Below are positions 1 to 13,112 of a stretch of DNA of 64,000 bases, one piece after another. Position numbers and translations under genes: made by a program. Within the stretch, counting starts at the first letter, position 1; the number at the start of each line of letters is the position of its first letter. Location: positions 5,954 to 69,953 of the forward strand of contig JAKPUX010000314.1 of the NCBI GenBank assembly GCA_029554865.1. Direction: 5' to 3'. Origin of the DNA: a bacterium (lineage in GTDB: Bacteria; Zhuqueibacterota; Zhuqueibacteria; Residuimicrobiales; Residuimicrobiaceae). Under the pieces are notes generated by a model, which saw nothing but the letters and a program-made list of their open reading frames with translations, made no database searches and had not been told where the DNA came from.

Positions 1-1522
<1,522 letters not shown>

Positions 1523-1552
1523 CTATATGAAATATGAAATGAGTATGCTGCA

Positions 1553-2110
1553 CTAAAGCGCCGCGCCGCCTTTGCCCTGGCGCAGCTGCTGGCGCAATTG
1601 ATTGAGCTGGTGCCGCAAGCTGCCGTCGATCACCACTCCGGAAAACTCGATGATGACGCCGCCGAGGATGGCGGCATCGACCTTGTTCTCGAGCAGAACC
1701 TCAGATTTGAGATAGCGCCCGACCTGCTGCCGGATCTGCTCCATCTGCACCTCCTGCAGAGGCACGGCGGAAAAGACCCGGGCGCGCACACGGCCGATAC
1801 TTTTGTCGTGGAGCTTGCTGTAAGCCTCCACGATCTGGCCGAGGTGGTTCTGCCGCCCCTTTTCGAGCAGGAGCTTGATGAACTGCCGGATCATGGGTGA
1901 AGATTGCCCGCGCAGGAGGCTTTCCACCATCTCCTGCTTGTTTTTTTTCTCCACCTCCGGTGAGAGCAGGTAGGCCCGGATGCGCCCCTCCTTCTGCAAG
2001 AGGGCGGCGAAAGAGCGCAGCTCATCCAGCACCGGCCCGGTCTGGTCCGCATCGCGCGCCAGCTCGAAAAGGGCGCGCGCATAGCGTCTGGCTAAGGGAT
2101 CGGTTCTCAA
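1553..2110 (-). CDS. atpH: F0F1 ATP synthase subunit delta (OSCP)
   Basis: 185-aa ORF between the b and alpha subunit genes. Helical N-terminal domain (MRTDPLARRYARALFELA...) typical of delta. The 4-nt ATGA overlap with atpF suggests translational coupling. Confidence 0.8.
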   Translation of the reverse strand: MRTDPLARRYARALFELARDADQTGPVLDELRSFAALLQKEGRIRAYLLSPEVEKKNKQEMVESLLRGQSSPMIRQFIKLLLEKGRQNHLGQIVEAYSKLHDKSIGRVRARVFSAVPLQEVQMEQIRQQVGRYLKSEVLLENKVDAAILGGVIIEFSGVVIDGSLRHQLNQLRQQLRQGKGGAAL

Positions 2111-2601
2111 TTCAGCTCACCCAGTTTCTTCAGGGATTCATCGATCAACGACTGGTGATCGCCGGCGTCGAGGGATTTGCCGACAAGCTTGGCCGTCGCA
2201 TTCATCGACAGCTCCACGGCCAGATCGCGGATCTCTTCGATGGCCTTGTCGCGGCTGAGATCGATCTCCCGGCGCGCCTTGGCGATGAGCTGTTCAGCCT
2301 CCGAGCTCGCCTTTTTGATGATCTCCTCTTTGGTCGCCTCAGCCGCCTTGCGGTTGCGGGCCAGAATCTCCTGGGCCTCCCTGCGGGCGGTCTCGAGCAG
2401 CTGATTTTGCTCTGCGAGGGTCTTCTGCGAGGCGATCTTCGCCTGCTCGGCCAGCTCCAAAGACTCTTTCAGCTTCTTCTCACGCTCGTCCAGCATGCTC
2501 AGGATGGGCTTCCAGCCCACCTTGGTCAACGCAAACAAGAGGAGAAGAAAGGTCAGGGTGGTCCAGAATATGGTCCCACCCGCGGGTGTCATCAGTTCCA
2601 T
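2107..2601 (-). CDS. atpF: F0F1 ATP synthase subunit b
   Basis: 164 aa. Single N-terminal TM (FWTTLTFLLLLFALTKVGW) followed by a long charged coiled coil. Sits between the c and delta genes. Confidence 0.8.
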   Translation of the reverse strand: MELMTPAGGTIFWTTLTFLLLLFALTKVGWKPILSMLDEREKKLKESLELAEQAKIASQKTLAEQNQLLETARREAQEILARNRKAAEATKEEIIKKASSEAEQLIAKARREIDLSRDKAIEEIRDLAVELSMNATAKLVGKSLDAGDHQSLIDESLKKLGELN

Positions 2602-2621
2602 AGGTGTAACCGCCCTCAGGT

Positions 2622-2849
2622 TTATTTGAAGCCGAGCAGCAGACAGATAACCACGGAGAGCAGGGCCACGCCTTCGATCATGGCCGCGGTGATGATCATG
2701 GCACCGCGAATGTCGCCGGCGGCTTCGGGCTGACGCGCAATGCCGCTGATGGCCGCACTGGCCAGTTTGCTGATGCCAAACGCAGCAGAAAAGGTCACCG
2801 CAGCAGATCCAAATCCGGCAGCCAGATAGGCAATTGCAGTGGGATTCAT
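2622..2849 (-). CDS. atpE: F0F1 ATP synthase subunit c
   Basis: 75 aa, two-TM hairpin with conserved loop ...GIARQPEAAGDIRGAMII... and an ion-binding E in TM2 (AAMIEGVALL). Confidence 0.9.
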   Translation of the reverse strand: MNPTAIAYLAAGFGSAAVTFSAAFGISKLASAAISGIARQPEAAGDIRGAMIITAAMIEGVALLSVVICLLLGFK

Positions 2850-2920
2850 AATACTACCTCCTGATACAAGAAATGTTAGTTTGTAGTGAATGACGCAAGG
2901 TTGTTATCTGTACACCGATC

Positions 2921-3751
2921 TCAGTGCCCCTCAGCCACGGAGGCGCTGATGAATACAGCCGAGAGAATCGTAAAGACATAGGCCTGGATCAGGGAGATCA
3001 GCACCTCCAGAATGGCGGAAAAAAGGATGATCGCCAGGGGGAAGGGCGAGACCAGCCAGTTCTTGAATAAAAAGATGACACTCAACAGGGCCAGGATGGT
3101 GATATGGCCGGCGATCATATTGGCGAAAAGACGAATCGCCAGGGCGAAGTGCTTGGTGATCATGCTGATCACCTCGACCGGGATCATGATGAACTTGAGC
3201 AAAAAGGGGATTCCCGGCGGGCTGAAGGTCGAGAGATAGCCCAGGAACCCGTGCTTGCGCACCCCGGCAATCTGCACCACAAAAAAGGTGAAGAGGGCGA
3301 GGGTCGCCGTCACCCCGATGTTGCCGGTGGCGGTGGCGCCGTAGGGCACCAGCCCGGCGAGGTTGCAGAGCATGATGAAGAAAAAAGCCGTCAGCAGATA
3401 GGGGGCGTAGGCGCGGGCCTCGTGACCGAGATTGGGCATGATGACGTCGTCGCGGATGAAAACCACCAGGGACTCGAGGGCGTTTGCCAGTCCGTGCGGC
3501 ACCAGCTTCGGTTTGCGGAAAGCCACATAAAAACCCAGGATCAGGAGAGCCGAGACGATCCACATCCAGAGCACATGATTGGTAACGGAGAGGTCGATCC
3601 CGTAAACCGTCGGCAGCTTGATCACCGGATGGGCCATGATATGGTGCATGATAAAGCCGACGCCGCTCTCCCCATGCTCAGCCGCGTGTTCGGCCGCCTG
3701 CTGCACAGCCTCGCCGTGCTCGGACGCGTGTTCAACTATCTGTGTGATCAT
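2921..3751 (-). CDS. atpB: F0F1 ATP synthase subunit a
   Basis: 276 aa multi-TM protein with the conserved C-terminal motif ...LAIRLFANMIAGH... (essential Arg). Immediately upstream of atpE. Confidence 0.85.
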   Translation of the reverse strand: MITQIVEHASEHGEAVQQAAEHAAEHGESGVGFIMHHIMAHPVIKLPTVYGIDLSVTNHVLWMWIVSALLILGFYVAFRKPKLVPHGLANALESLVVFIRDDVIMPNLGHEARAYAPYLLTAFFFIMLCNLAGLVPYGATATGNIGVTATLALFTFFVVQIAGVRKHGFLGYLSTFSPPGIPFLLKFIMIPVEVISMITKHFALAIRLFANMIAGHITILALLSVIFLFKNWLVSPFPLAIILFSAILEVLISLIQAYVFTILSAVFISASVAEGH

Positions 3752-4139
3752 GATTCGCGGAAGATCTGCCTTTCAGTTCCGAATTGATATATCTGATTTC
3801 AAAATACTGCAGCACAAGAAAAAAGAGAACAAAAGAGACCAGAAATCCGGCCAGAGGCCAGTGCAGGACGGCGATCACCAGGTAGACCATGACCGCGAGG
3901 AGGATGAAGCGCAGGGCCATGCCCCCCAGCACCACTGCGTAAAAGGTCTTGACCTTGCGGCGAAAAGCCCACTGGATCGATACCAGGCTGAAGACGATAT
4001 TAAAAAGGCTGACCAGATAGCCGAGGGTGTAGGAGCTGGTCATGCCGGGCCGGCCGTAGTAATGAAGAGGGATCAGCAGCACCAGGAAGGCCGGAACCGT
4101 CCAGCCAACCAGACGCCAGATCCGCATGGGTGATTTCAT
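3732..4139 (-). CDS. atpI: ATP synthase protein I-like small membrane protein
   Basis: 135 aa, about 4 predicted TM helices, overlaps the atpB start by 20 nt, same strand. Position and size fit AtpI; sequence conservation of this family is weak. Confidence 0.5.
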   Translation of the reverse strand: MKSPMRIWRLVGWTVPAFLVLLIPLHYYGRPGMTSSYTLGYLVSLFNIVFSLVSIQWAFRRKVKTFYAVVLGGMALRFILLAVMVYLVIAVLHWPLAGFLVSFVLFFLVLQYFEIRYINSELKGRSSANHDHTDS

Positions 4140-4333
4140 CTCTGCTTTGTGCTCGATTCTTTATCCCGGCGGTCGGGGTAGACGGTCTTGTAGACATTCA
4201 TGAACCCCGCCGTTCCCCCCGCTATTACTCCGAGCAGGAGGAAGAGCGGGGAGGTGCCCAGTTTGCTATCCAGCCAGTAGCCCAGGGCCGTGCCGAGGAT
4301 CACGGCGACGGCCAGCTGCATGCCCAGATTCAT
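4136..4333 (-). CDS. AtpZ/AtpI-family small membrane protein (putative F0F1 accessory subunit)
   Basis: ORF extends to 4468, but that long form would overlap the bactofilin gene by 76 nt. The internal start MNLGMQLAVAVILGTALGYWLD... (2 TM, ~66 aa) fits AtpZ size. Start choice is uncertain. Confidence 0.45.
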   Translation of the reverse strand: MNLGMQLAVAVILGTALGYWLDSKLGTSPLFLLLGVIAGGTAGFMNVYKTVYPDRRDKESSTKQR

Positions 4334-4392
4334 ATAGGGCCCGACCGCCGGTCTGTTTCTGCCGCCCTCTTCTGTCACTGCGCCCCGCTTTT

Positions 4393-4788
4393 CTATTTGA
4401 TGATCGTCTCTCCGTCCGCCTCGCCCGGAGTCCTGCCGGTCTCCGCTTTGGCGTCTGACATCGAGCATTTGCCGTCAAATATGGCGCCCTCATCGATGAC
4501 CAGCTTGCCGGTCTTGAGCTCGCCGCGCAGCTCGGAACGGGCCTCGAGAACGGTCCGCCCGGGAGAGAGTACGGATCCGTTGATCCGGCCGCCGAGGACA
4601 AGGTTCTTCACCTTGACATTGCCCTTGATTTCCCCCTCGGCGCCGACGATGAGGGTGTCCCCGGAGGTGACATCCCCAACCACCTTGCCGTCCACGCGCA
4701 GGCTGTGTTCGACCTTGATGTTGCCGTCAACGACTGCGCCCTTGCCGAGAATGGTGCCCAACTCCCCCGGTTTATCCGTGCTTTTCAT
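4393..4788 (-). CDS. bactofilin family cytoskeletal protein
   Basis: MKSTDKPGELGTILGKGAVVDGNIKVEHSLRVDGKVVGDVTSGDTLIVGAEGEIKGNVKVKNLVLGGRINGSV: repetitive beta-helical DUF583/bactofilin pattern. ATG at 4788 chosen over the longer upstream start. Confidence 0.8.
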   Translation of the reverse strand: MKSTDKPGELGTILGKGAVVDGNIKVEHSLRVDGKVVGDVTSGDTLIVGAEGEIKGNVKVKNLVLGGRINGSVLSPGRTVLEARSELRGELKTGKLVIDEGAIFDGKCSMSDAKAETGRTPGEADGETIIK

Positions 4789-4829
4789 ATGGTCGCTTTC
4801 CATTAAGGTGCATCGCTCGGGCCGCCCGC

Positions 4830-5750
4830 TCACATCCGTGCGAACGCAAGAATATAGTCCGCAGGATTGAGGGCGATCCCGTCTTTCCATAATTCAAAAT
4901 GCAGATGCGGCGCCGTGCTCTCGCCCGAGGACCCGAGCAGGGCAATGTGGTCTCCCTTGCGCACCAGGGTGGAACGACTCGCCAGATTGCGCTGGTTGTG
5001 GCCGTAATAGGTGAAGAACCCGTCGCCATGGTAAATGATCACCATATTGCCCAGATCCTGGGTCCAGCCCGAAAAGACCACCACCCCGTCCCCGGCGGCG
5101 CTGATGAAAGAGCCCCTCGCGGCAGCGATATCGATGCCAGTGTGGGCGGCCCCCTCATCGGAGTAGTTGCGCGTCAGAACCCCGGCCACGGGCAGATAGG
5201 TGGGCAGGCTCCTGAGATATTCGTGAATGCCGATCTCCCTGGACTGCTGGAGAAATCCGAGCTTTTCGCCGAGATTGACCTCTACCGGTTTGGGGCGCTC
5301 CCGGCGCGGCTCGAGGATGGGCTCGACGGGGAGGGCGCGCCGGGGAGGCTCAAAGACCTCATCCGAAGCGAGGGTAGCGCTCCCCCGGTTCTCATCCAAA
5401 CCCAGGGCGCTGCGCAGCTTGGCATCGGTTGCCTCGATCTTTTGAAACACGGCTGCCAGCTCATACACTTTTTTGCTGTTCTCGACCAGCTGGCCGTTGA
5501 TCTTGCTCAGGTCATCATATCGGACCGCCAGGCGCGCCCACTGCAGATAGGCCACGATCCCTAAAAAAAGATGAAGGGCCAGCACCACCGCAGCAACGCG
5601 CAGGATCCTGAACTTGCGCATCGAGATCTGATAATGGCGCGGCTCCGCCTGATCGTCCGGGATCACCAGAATCTGCAGTGATCTGCGGTGGCTGCGCGCA
5701 GTGCCCTCCGCCTTCTTTCTGCCGAACATTTTTGCCAGCCTGCCGAACAT
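4830..5750 (-). CDS. M23 (LytM-domain) metallopeptidase, membrane anchored
   Basis: N-terminal TM (ILRVAAVVLALHLFLGIVAYL), coiled-coil region, and a C-terminal LytM domain with intact HxxxD (HTGIDIAA) and HxH (HLHFE) motifs. Start MFGRLAKMFGRKK lies 2 nt after the parB stop. Confidence 0.8.
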   Translation of the reverse strand: MFGRLAKMFGRKKAEGTARSHRRSLQILVIPDDQAEPRHYQISMRKFRILRVAAVVLALHLFLGIVAYLQWARLAVRYDDLSKINGQLVENSKKVYELAAVFQKIEATDAKLRSALGLDENRGSATLASDEVFEPPRRALPVEPILEPRRERPKPVEVNLGEKLGFLQQSREIGIHEYLRSLPTYLPVAGVLTRNYSDEGAAHTGIDIAAARGSFISAAGDGVVVFSGWTQDLGNMVIIYHGDGFFTYYGHNQRNLASRSTLVRKGDHIALLGSSGESTAPHLHFELWKDGIALNPADYILAFARM

Positions 5751-5751
5751 A

Positions 5752-6618
5752 TCACTCGCCGAGAATGAGGGCGATGATGCGCTCAAGTTCATCTGAGGAG
5801 TAGTATTCGATCTCGATAGCGCCGCCCCGGTTTCTGCTCTTCAACTCCACCTTGGTGGCCAAGTGAAGACGCAGCTTGTTTTCCAGCTCTTCCATGTAAT
5901 AATTCGGCGCTGCCGTCACCTTGGCCGGCTTGGCCTTGCCCTTCTCCGGCTCCCGCACCATCTCCTCGACCTTGCGCACGGAGAGGCTGCCGCCGACTAT
6001 CTTCTTCCACATCTCGAGCTGATCCTCACTGCTGGCCAGCGAGAGCAGGGCGCGGGCGTGGCCGAAGGAGATTTCGCTGCTCTGGACGCTCTCCTGGATG
6101 CGTCGCGGCAGTTTGAGCAATCGGAGGAAGTTGGCGACACTGGTGCGGTCCTTGCCGACCTTGACCGCAACCTCTTCCTGGGTGAGCTTGCACTCATCAA
6201 TGAGCCGCTTGTAGCCATGGGCGATATCGATCGCGTTCAGATCCTCGCGGTGGATATTCTCGATGATCGCGAGTTCGAGCATTTCCTCATCGGTCTCGAC
6301 CTCGAGGATGTAGGCGGGAATCTTCTGAAGGCCAAGGTCGCGCACTGCGCGCAGACGCCGTTCGCCGGAGATGAGCTGGTACCCTGCGCCGTGCTTGCGG
6401 ACAGTGACGGGCTGGACTAGCCCCTTCTCCGCAATCGACTGCTTGAGTTCGGCCAGGCTTTCGGGGTCAAATTTTTCACGCGGCTGGAAGGGATTGGGCG
6501 CAATCTTGTCCACATCGAGGAAATCGATGCCCTTGCCCTGGACTGGCGCATCCTGTTCAGCGGGTATATCAGGAATGAGCGCCCTGAGGCCGCGCCCCAA
6601 CGCCTTTTTATTCGCCAT
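5752..6618 (-). CDS. parB: chromosome partitioning protein ParB
   Basis: [17 protein letters not shown]..., then ParB box GERRLRA and an HTH region. 11-nt overlap with the parA stop. Confidence 0.9.
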   Translation of the reverse strand: MANKKALGRGLRALIPDIPAEQDAPVQGKGIDFLDVDKIAPNPFQPREKFDPESLAELKQSIAEKGLVQPVTVRKHGAGYQLISGERRLRAVRDLGLQKIPAYILEVETDEEMLELAIIENIHREDLNAIDIAHGYKRLIDECKLTQEEVAVKVGKDRTSVANFLRLLKLPRRIQESVQSSEISFGHARALLSLASSEDQLEMWKKIVGGSLSVRKVEEMVREPEKGKAKPAKVTAAPNYYMEELENKLRLHLATKVELKSRNRGGAIEIEYYSSDELERIIALILGE

Positions 6619-7372
6619 TCTTGATGATTTCCTCTGCCAGACTCATATAATTTTCCGATCCCGAGCAGACGGCGTCGTAAAGGATGATCGGCTTGCCGAA
6701 ACTGGGGGCCTCGCTGAGGCGCACATTGCGCGTGACAATGGTCTCAAAGACCCGGCCCTCGAAATACCGGCGCACATCCTCCGCCACCTGGCGGGAGAGG
6801 TTGAGGCGCGCATCGTACATGGTCAGCAGCACCCCTTCGATCGCCAGGTGCTCATTGAGGTGCTTCTGCACCAGCCGGATGGTGTTGAGCAGCTGACCCA
6901 GTCCTTCCAGGGCGTAGTATTCGCATTGAATGGGGATGAGGACGGAATCGGAGGCGGTCAGGGAGTTGATCGTCAGCAGCCCCAGGGAGGGCGGACAATC
7001 GATCAGAATGTACTTGAACTGGTCGCGCACAGGTTCAAGCGCCCGGGCGAGGCGCTGCTCGCGTGATATCGCCGAAACCAGCTCGACCTCCGCGCCCACC
7101 AGACTGATCGAGGAGGGCAAGAGCTTGAGATAATCGAGCTGGGTGTCCAAAAGAAGGGATTGCGCGGGGCGCTCATTGATAATGGCATCGTAAATTGTAG
7201 CCTGGAGCGCGCGCTGATCATAACCATAGCCGCTGGTGCTGTTGGCCTGGGGATCCATATCGACCAGAAGCGTCGGATACTCCGCCACAGCCAGGGCCGC
7301 CGCCAGGTTAACGGCGGTGGTGGTCTTGCCCACGCCCCCTTTTTGGTTCGCTATGGTTATAATTTTGCCCAT
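6608..7372 (-). CDS. parA: chromosome partitioning ATPase ParA/Soj
   Basis: [28 protein letters not shown], a deviant Walker A. GGAGG lies 8 nt upstream of the ATG at 7372; the longer ORF start at 7390 is unlikely. Confidence 0.9.
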   Translation of the reverse strand: MGKIITIANQKGGVGKTTTAVNLAAALAVAEYPTLLVDMDPQANSTSGYGYDQRALQATIYDAIINERPAQSLLLDTQLDYLKLLPSSISLVGAEVELVSAISREQRLARALEPVRDQFKYILIDCPPSLGLLTINSLTASDSVLIPIQCEYYALEGLGQLLNTIRLVQKHLNEHLAIEGVLLTMYDARLNLSRQVAEDVRRYFEGRVFETIVTRNVRLSEAPSFGKPIILYDAVCSGSENYMSLAEEIIKNGE

Positions 7373-7416
7373 CTGGGGGGCTTCCTCCATTTTCTGATAT
7401 ATTGTGTTAATATACT

Positions 7417-7445
7417 CCCCGCAAATTTCAAAATCAATGAAAAGT
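7417..7445 (-). promoter_or_regulatory. sigma70-like promoter TTGATT-N17-TATATT on minus strand (for parAB...)
   Basis: Divergent from the proDH promoter, ~40 nt upstream of the parA RBS. Confidence 0.4.
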
Positions 7446-7490
7446 TTCTCCTCTACACCCTCCCCCTGGGCGCCCGGTCAGGAGTTAATT

Positions 7491-7519
7491 CTTGACATTG
7501 AGGGCAAAAACATGTAATT
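7491..7519 (+). promoter_or_regulatory. sigma70-like promoter TTGACA-N17-TAATTT (for proDH-ligA-M48 operon)
   Basis: Consensus -35 and near-consensus -10, ~85 nt upstream of the 7606 start. Confidence 0.45.
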
Positions 7520-7605
7520 TTTCCAGCATCACTATCCCCGTCGGCCCGGACTCCATCAACCACCGCCGCAGCTCTTTTCTGACCCCCACAAAGCGAGGAT
7601 GCATC

Positions 7606-11311
<3,706 letters not shown>

Positions 11312-11345
11312 GCCGGCGCCGCTTTTTTCAGCCGCTTTTCATTTT

Positions 11346-11361
11346 TGGCATGCTTGTTGTA
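11346..11361 (+). promoter_or_regulatory. sigma54-type (-24/-12) promoter-like element TGGCAT-N5-TTGTA
   Basis: TGGCATgcttgTTGTA has the exact GG-N10 spacing but GT instead of the consensus GC at -12. Sits at the start of the non-coding gap. Confidence 0.3.
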
Positions 11362-11371
11362 TAGGCTAACG

Positions 11372-11690
11372 CAGAAGCAGAAGCATCGTGAGACAGGCAT
11401 CGCCGCAGGTTTATCCGGGCCGTATACACAGTGGCTGCAACGCTTTGAGCGTCCTTTGGAGTGGGACTTGCCATCGCATCTGTAGCGGCCTGGAGCCTGT
11501 TGCATCCAGCAACCTGAGCAGCCGTACAGGACTGAGTGAGCCTGTCACTGACATAGCATTTAGCCGCTTCCCGGCTGGGCAGCGGCCGGGGCAAGGCAGC
11601 CTGTCCAGCTCCTCTTGCCCCGCAGAACCTCCCTCCTCCTCCTCAGATGCCAAAACTAAAAAGCCTCCGCAGAGCACACGGAGGCTTTTT
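11372..11690 (+). ncRNA. candidate structured non-coding RNA (unclassified)
   Basis: ~320 nt GC-rich stretch with no credible ORF; the in-frame ORFs are Ser/Pro-rich low complexity. Bounded by a sigma54-like promoter upstream and a strong intrinsic terminator at 11661..11697. No confident match by eye to tmRNA, RNase P, 6S or SRP RNA. Confidence 0.25.
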
Positions 11691-11697
11691 AGTTTTT
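11651..11697. terminator. bidirectional rho-independent terminator
   Basis: Perfect 9-bp stem AAGCCTCCG / CGGAGGCTT with a 9-nt loop, flanked by an A-run on the left and TTTTTAGTTTTT on the right. It can serve both the minus-strand RR gene (stop at 11747) and a plus-strand transcript. Confidence 0.7.
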
Positions 11698-11746
11698 AAT
11701 CCGAATTGTCCCGGGCCTGCCCCCCGGCCTGCTTTATCTTTCCCTG

Positions 11747-13099
11747 CTATTCCCGATGGATCCCCAACTTTTGCATCTTTTTATAGAGATTGGTGCGGTC
11801 GATGCCTAGCGTCGCCGCGCTCTCCTCCATCTTCCAATCGTGGCTTTTCAGCACCTGCTCGATATAGCTTTTTTCAAAACGCTCCCGGGCCTGACGAAGG
11901 GTGGCGGGAGCCTCCTCATTGACCGGCTTGCCGCTCATCATCAACCGCAGGTCGGCCTCGGAGAGGCTCTCGCCACGAGCCAGGATCACCGCCCGTTCGA
12001 TGCAGGAGCGCAGCTGGCGGACATTCCCCGGCCAGTGATAGTTCATCAAGGTTTGCAGTGCGGCCGGGGTGAAACCCTCCAGCCGGCGGTTGTACTGCCC
12101 GCAGAAATAGTTCAGAAAATGGCCGCTCAGCTCCGGGATATCCTCCTTGCGCTCGCGAAGCGGAGGGAGATTGATGTCGATGACGCAGACGCGATAATAG
12201 AGATCCTCGCGGAAAAGCCCCTTGCTGATGCATTCAGTGAGGTTCTTGTTAGTGGCGGCGATGATGCGGACGTCGACAGGCTGCGGCCGGGCGGCACCGA
12301 CCGCTTCGACCTCGCGGGACTGCAGGACGCGCAGCAGCTTGGCCTGCGCCGGCTGGCTGAGGTCGCCGATCTCGTCAAGAAAAAGGCTGCCCCCCGCGGC
12401 CTGCATGAATTTGCCGTCATGGTTCTCGGTCGCCCCGGTGAAGGCTCCCTTGCGATGTCCGAAGAGTTCGCTCTCGATGAGGGTGTCGGGAATGGCGGCG
12501 CAGTTGACGCGCATAAAGGGTCCGGCGGCGCGATGGCTGCGCAGATGGATAGCCATGGCGACCAGTTCCTTGCCCGTGCCGGTCTCGCCGGTGATCAGAA
12601 CGGTGCTCTCGGTGGGGGCCACCTGGTCGATGCGCGCATAGATATCCTGCATCCCCGGGCTGGTGCCGACCATGCGGTAGCGGTTCATGATCTCGGCGGC
12701 CATCCAGTTGTTCTTCTGCTCCAGCTGACGCCAACCCAGGGCGCGCTCCACGGTGAGCAGCACCCGCTCCAGATTGACCGGCTTTTCGAGAAAATCGAAC
12801 GCCCCCAACCGTGTCGCCTGGATGGCGCGGTCGATCGAGGCGTGGCCGGTAATTACCACCAGCGGCAGGTCCGGGGCGATGCCGACGGCTTTTTCGAGCA
12901 CCTGCATGCCGTCCAGTCCGGGCATGGCGAGATCGATGAAGCCAATATCCAGCTCCCCGCCGGCGATCTGCCTGACCGCTTCGTTGCCGTCGCGCGCCAG
13001 CACGACCTGATAATCCTCCCCCTCGAGCACCGAGGCCAACTGAGCCGCGAAGGCGCTGTCGTCCTCGGCGATGAGCACTCGCCCCTTTATTCTCTTCAT
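11747..13099 (-). CDS. sigma54-dependent Fis-family response regulator (NtrC-like)
   Basis: Receiver domain (VLIAEDD...D), AAA+ sigma54-interaction domain (GETGTGKE, GAFTGA, ESELFGH) and a C-terminal HTH. ATG at 13099 (MKRIKGRVLIAEDD). Confidence 0.85.
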   Translation of the reverse strand: MKRIKGRVLIAEDDSAFAAQLASVLEGEDYQVVLARDGNEAVRQIAGGELDIGFIDLAMPGLDGMQVLEKAVGIAPDLPLVVITGHASIDRAIQATRLGAFDFLEKPVNLERVLLTVERALGWRQLEQKNNWMAAEIMNRYRMVGTSPGMQDIYARIDQVAPTESTVLITGETGTGKELVAMAIHLRSHRAAGPFMRVNCAAIPDTLIESELFGHRKGAFTGATENHDGKFMQAAGGSLFLDEIGDLSQPAQAKLLRVLQSREVEAVGAARPQPVDVRIIAATNKNLTECISKGLFREDLYYRVCVIDINLPPLRERKEDIPELSGHFLNYFCGQYNRRLEGFTPAALQTLMNYHWPGNVRQLRSCIERAVILARGESLSEADLRLMMSGKPVNEEAPATLRQARERFEKSYIEQVLKSHDWKMEESAATLGIDRTNLYKKMQKLGIHRE

Positions 13100-13112
13100 A
13101 CTCCCCTTCTCA

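Noticed and set aside
11540-11640. Partial resemblance of ...GGCCGGGGCAAGGCAGCC... to the conserved SRP RNA domain IV segment (E. coli GGAAGCAGCCAAGGCAG)
   Set aside because: Only an ~8-10-nt match. The GGAA tetraloop context and the complementary 5' strand are absent, so it is most likely chance. Left as unclassified candidate ncRNA.
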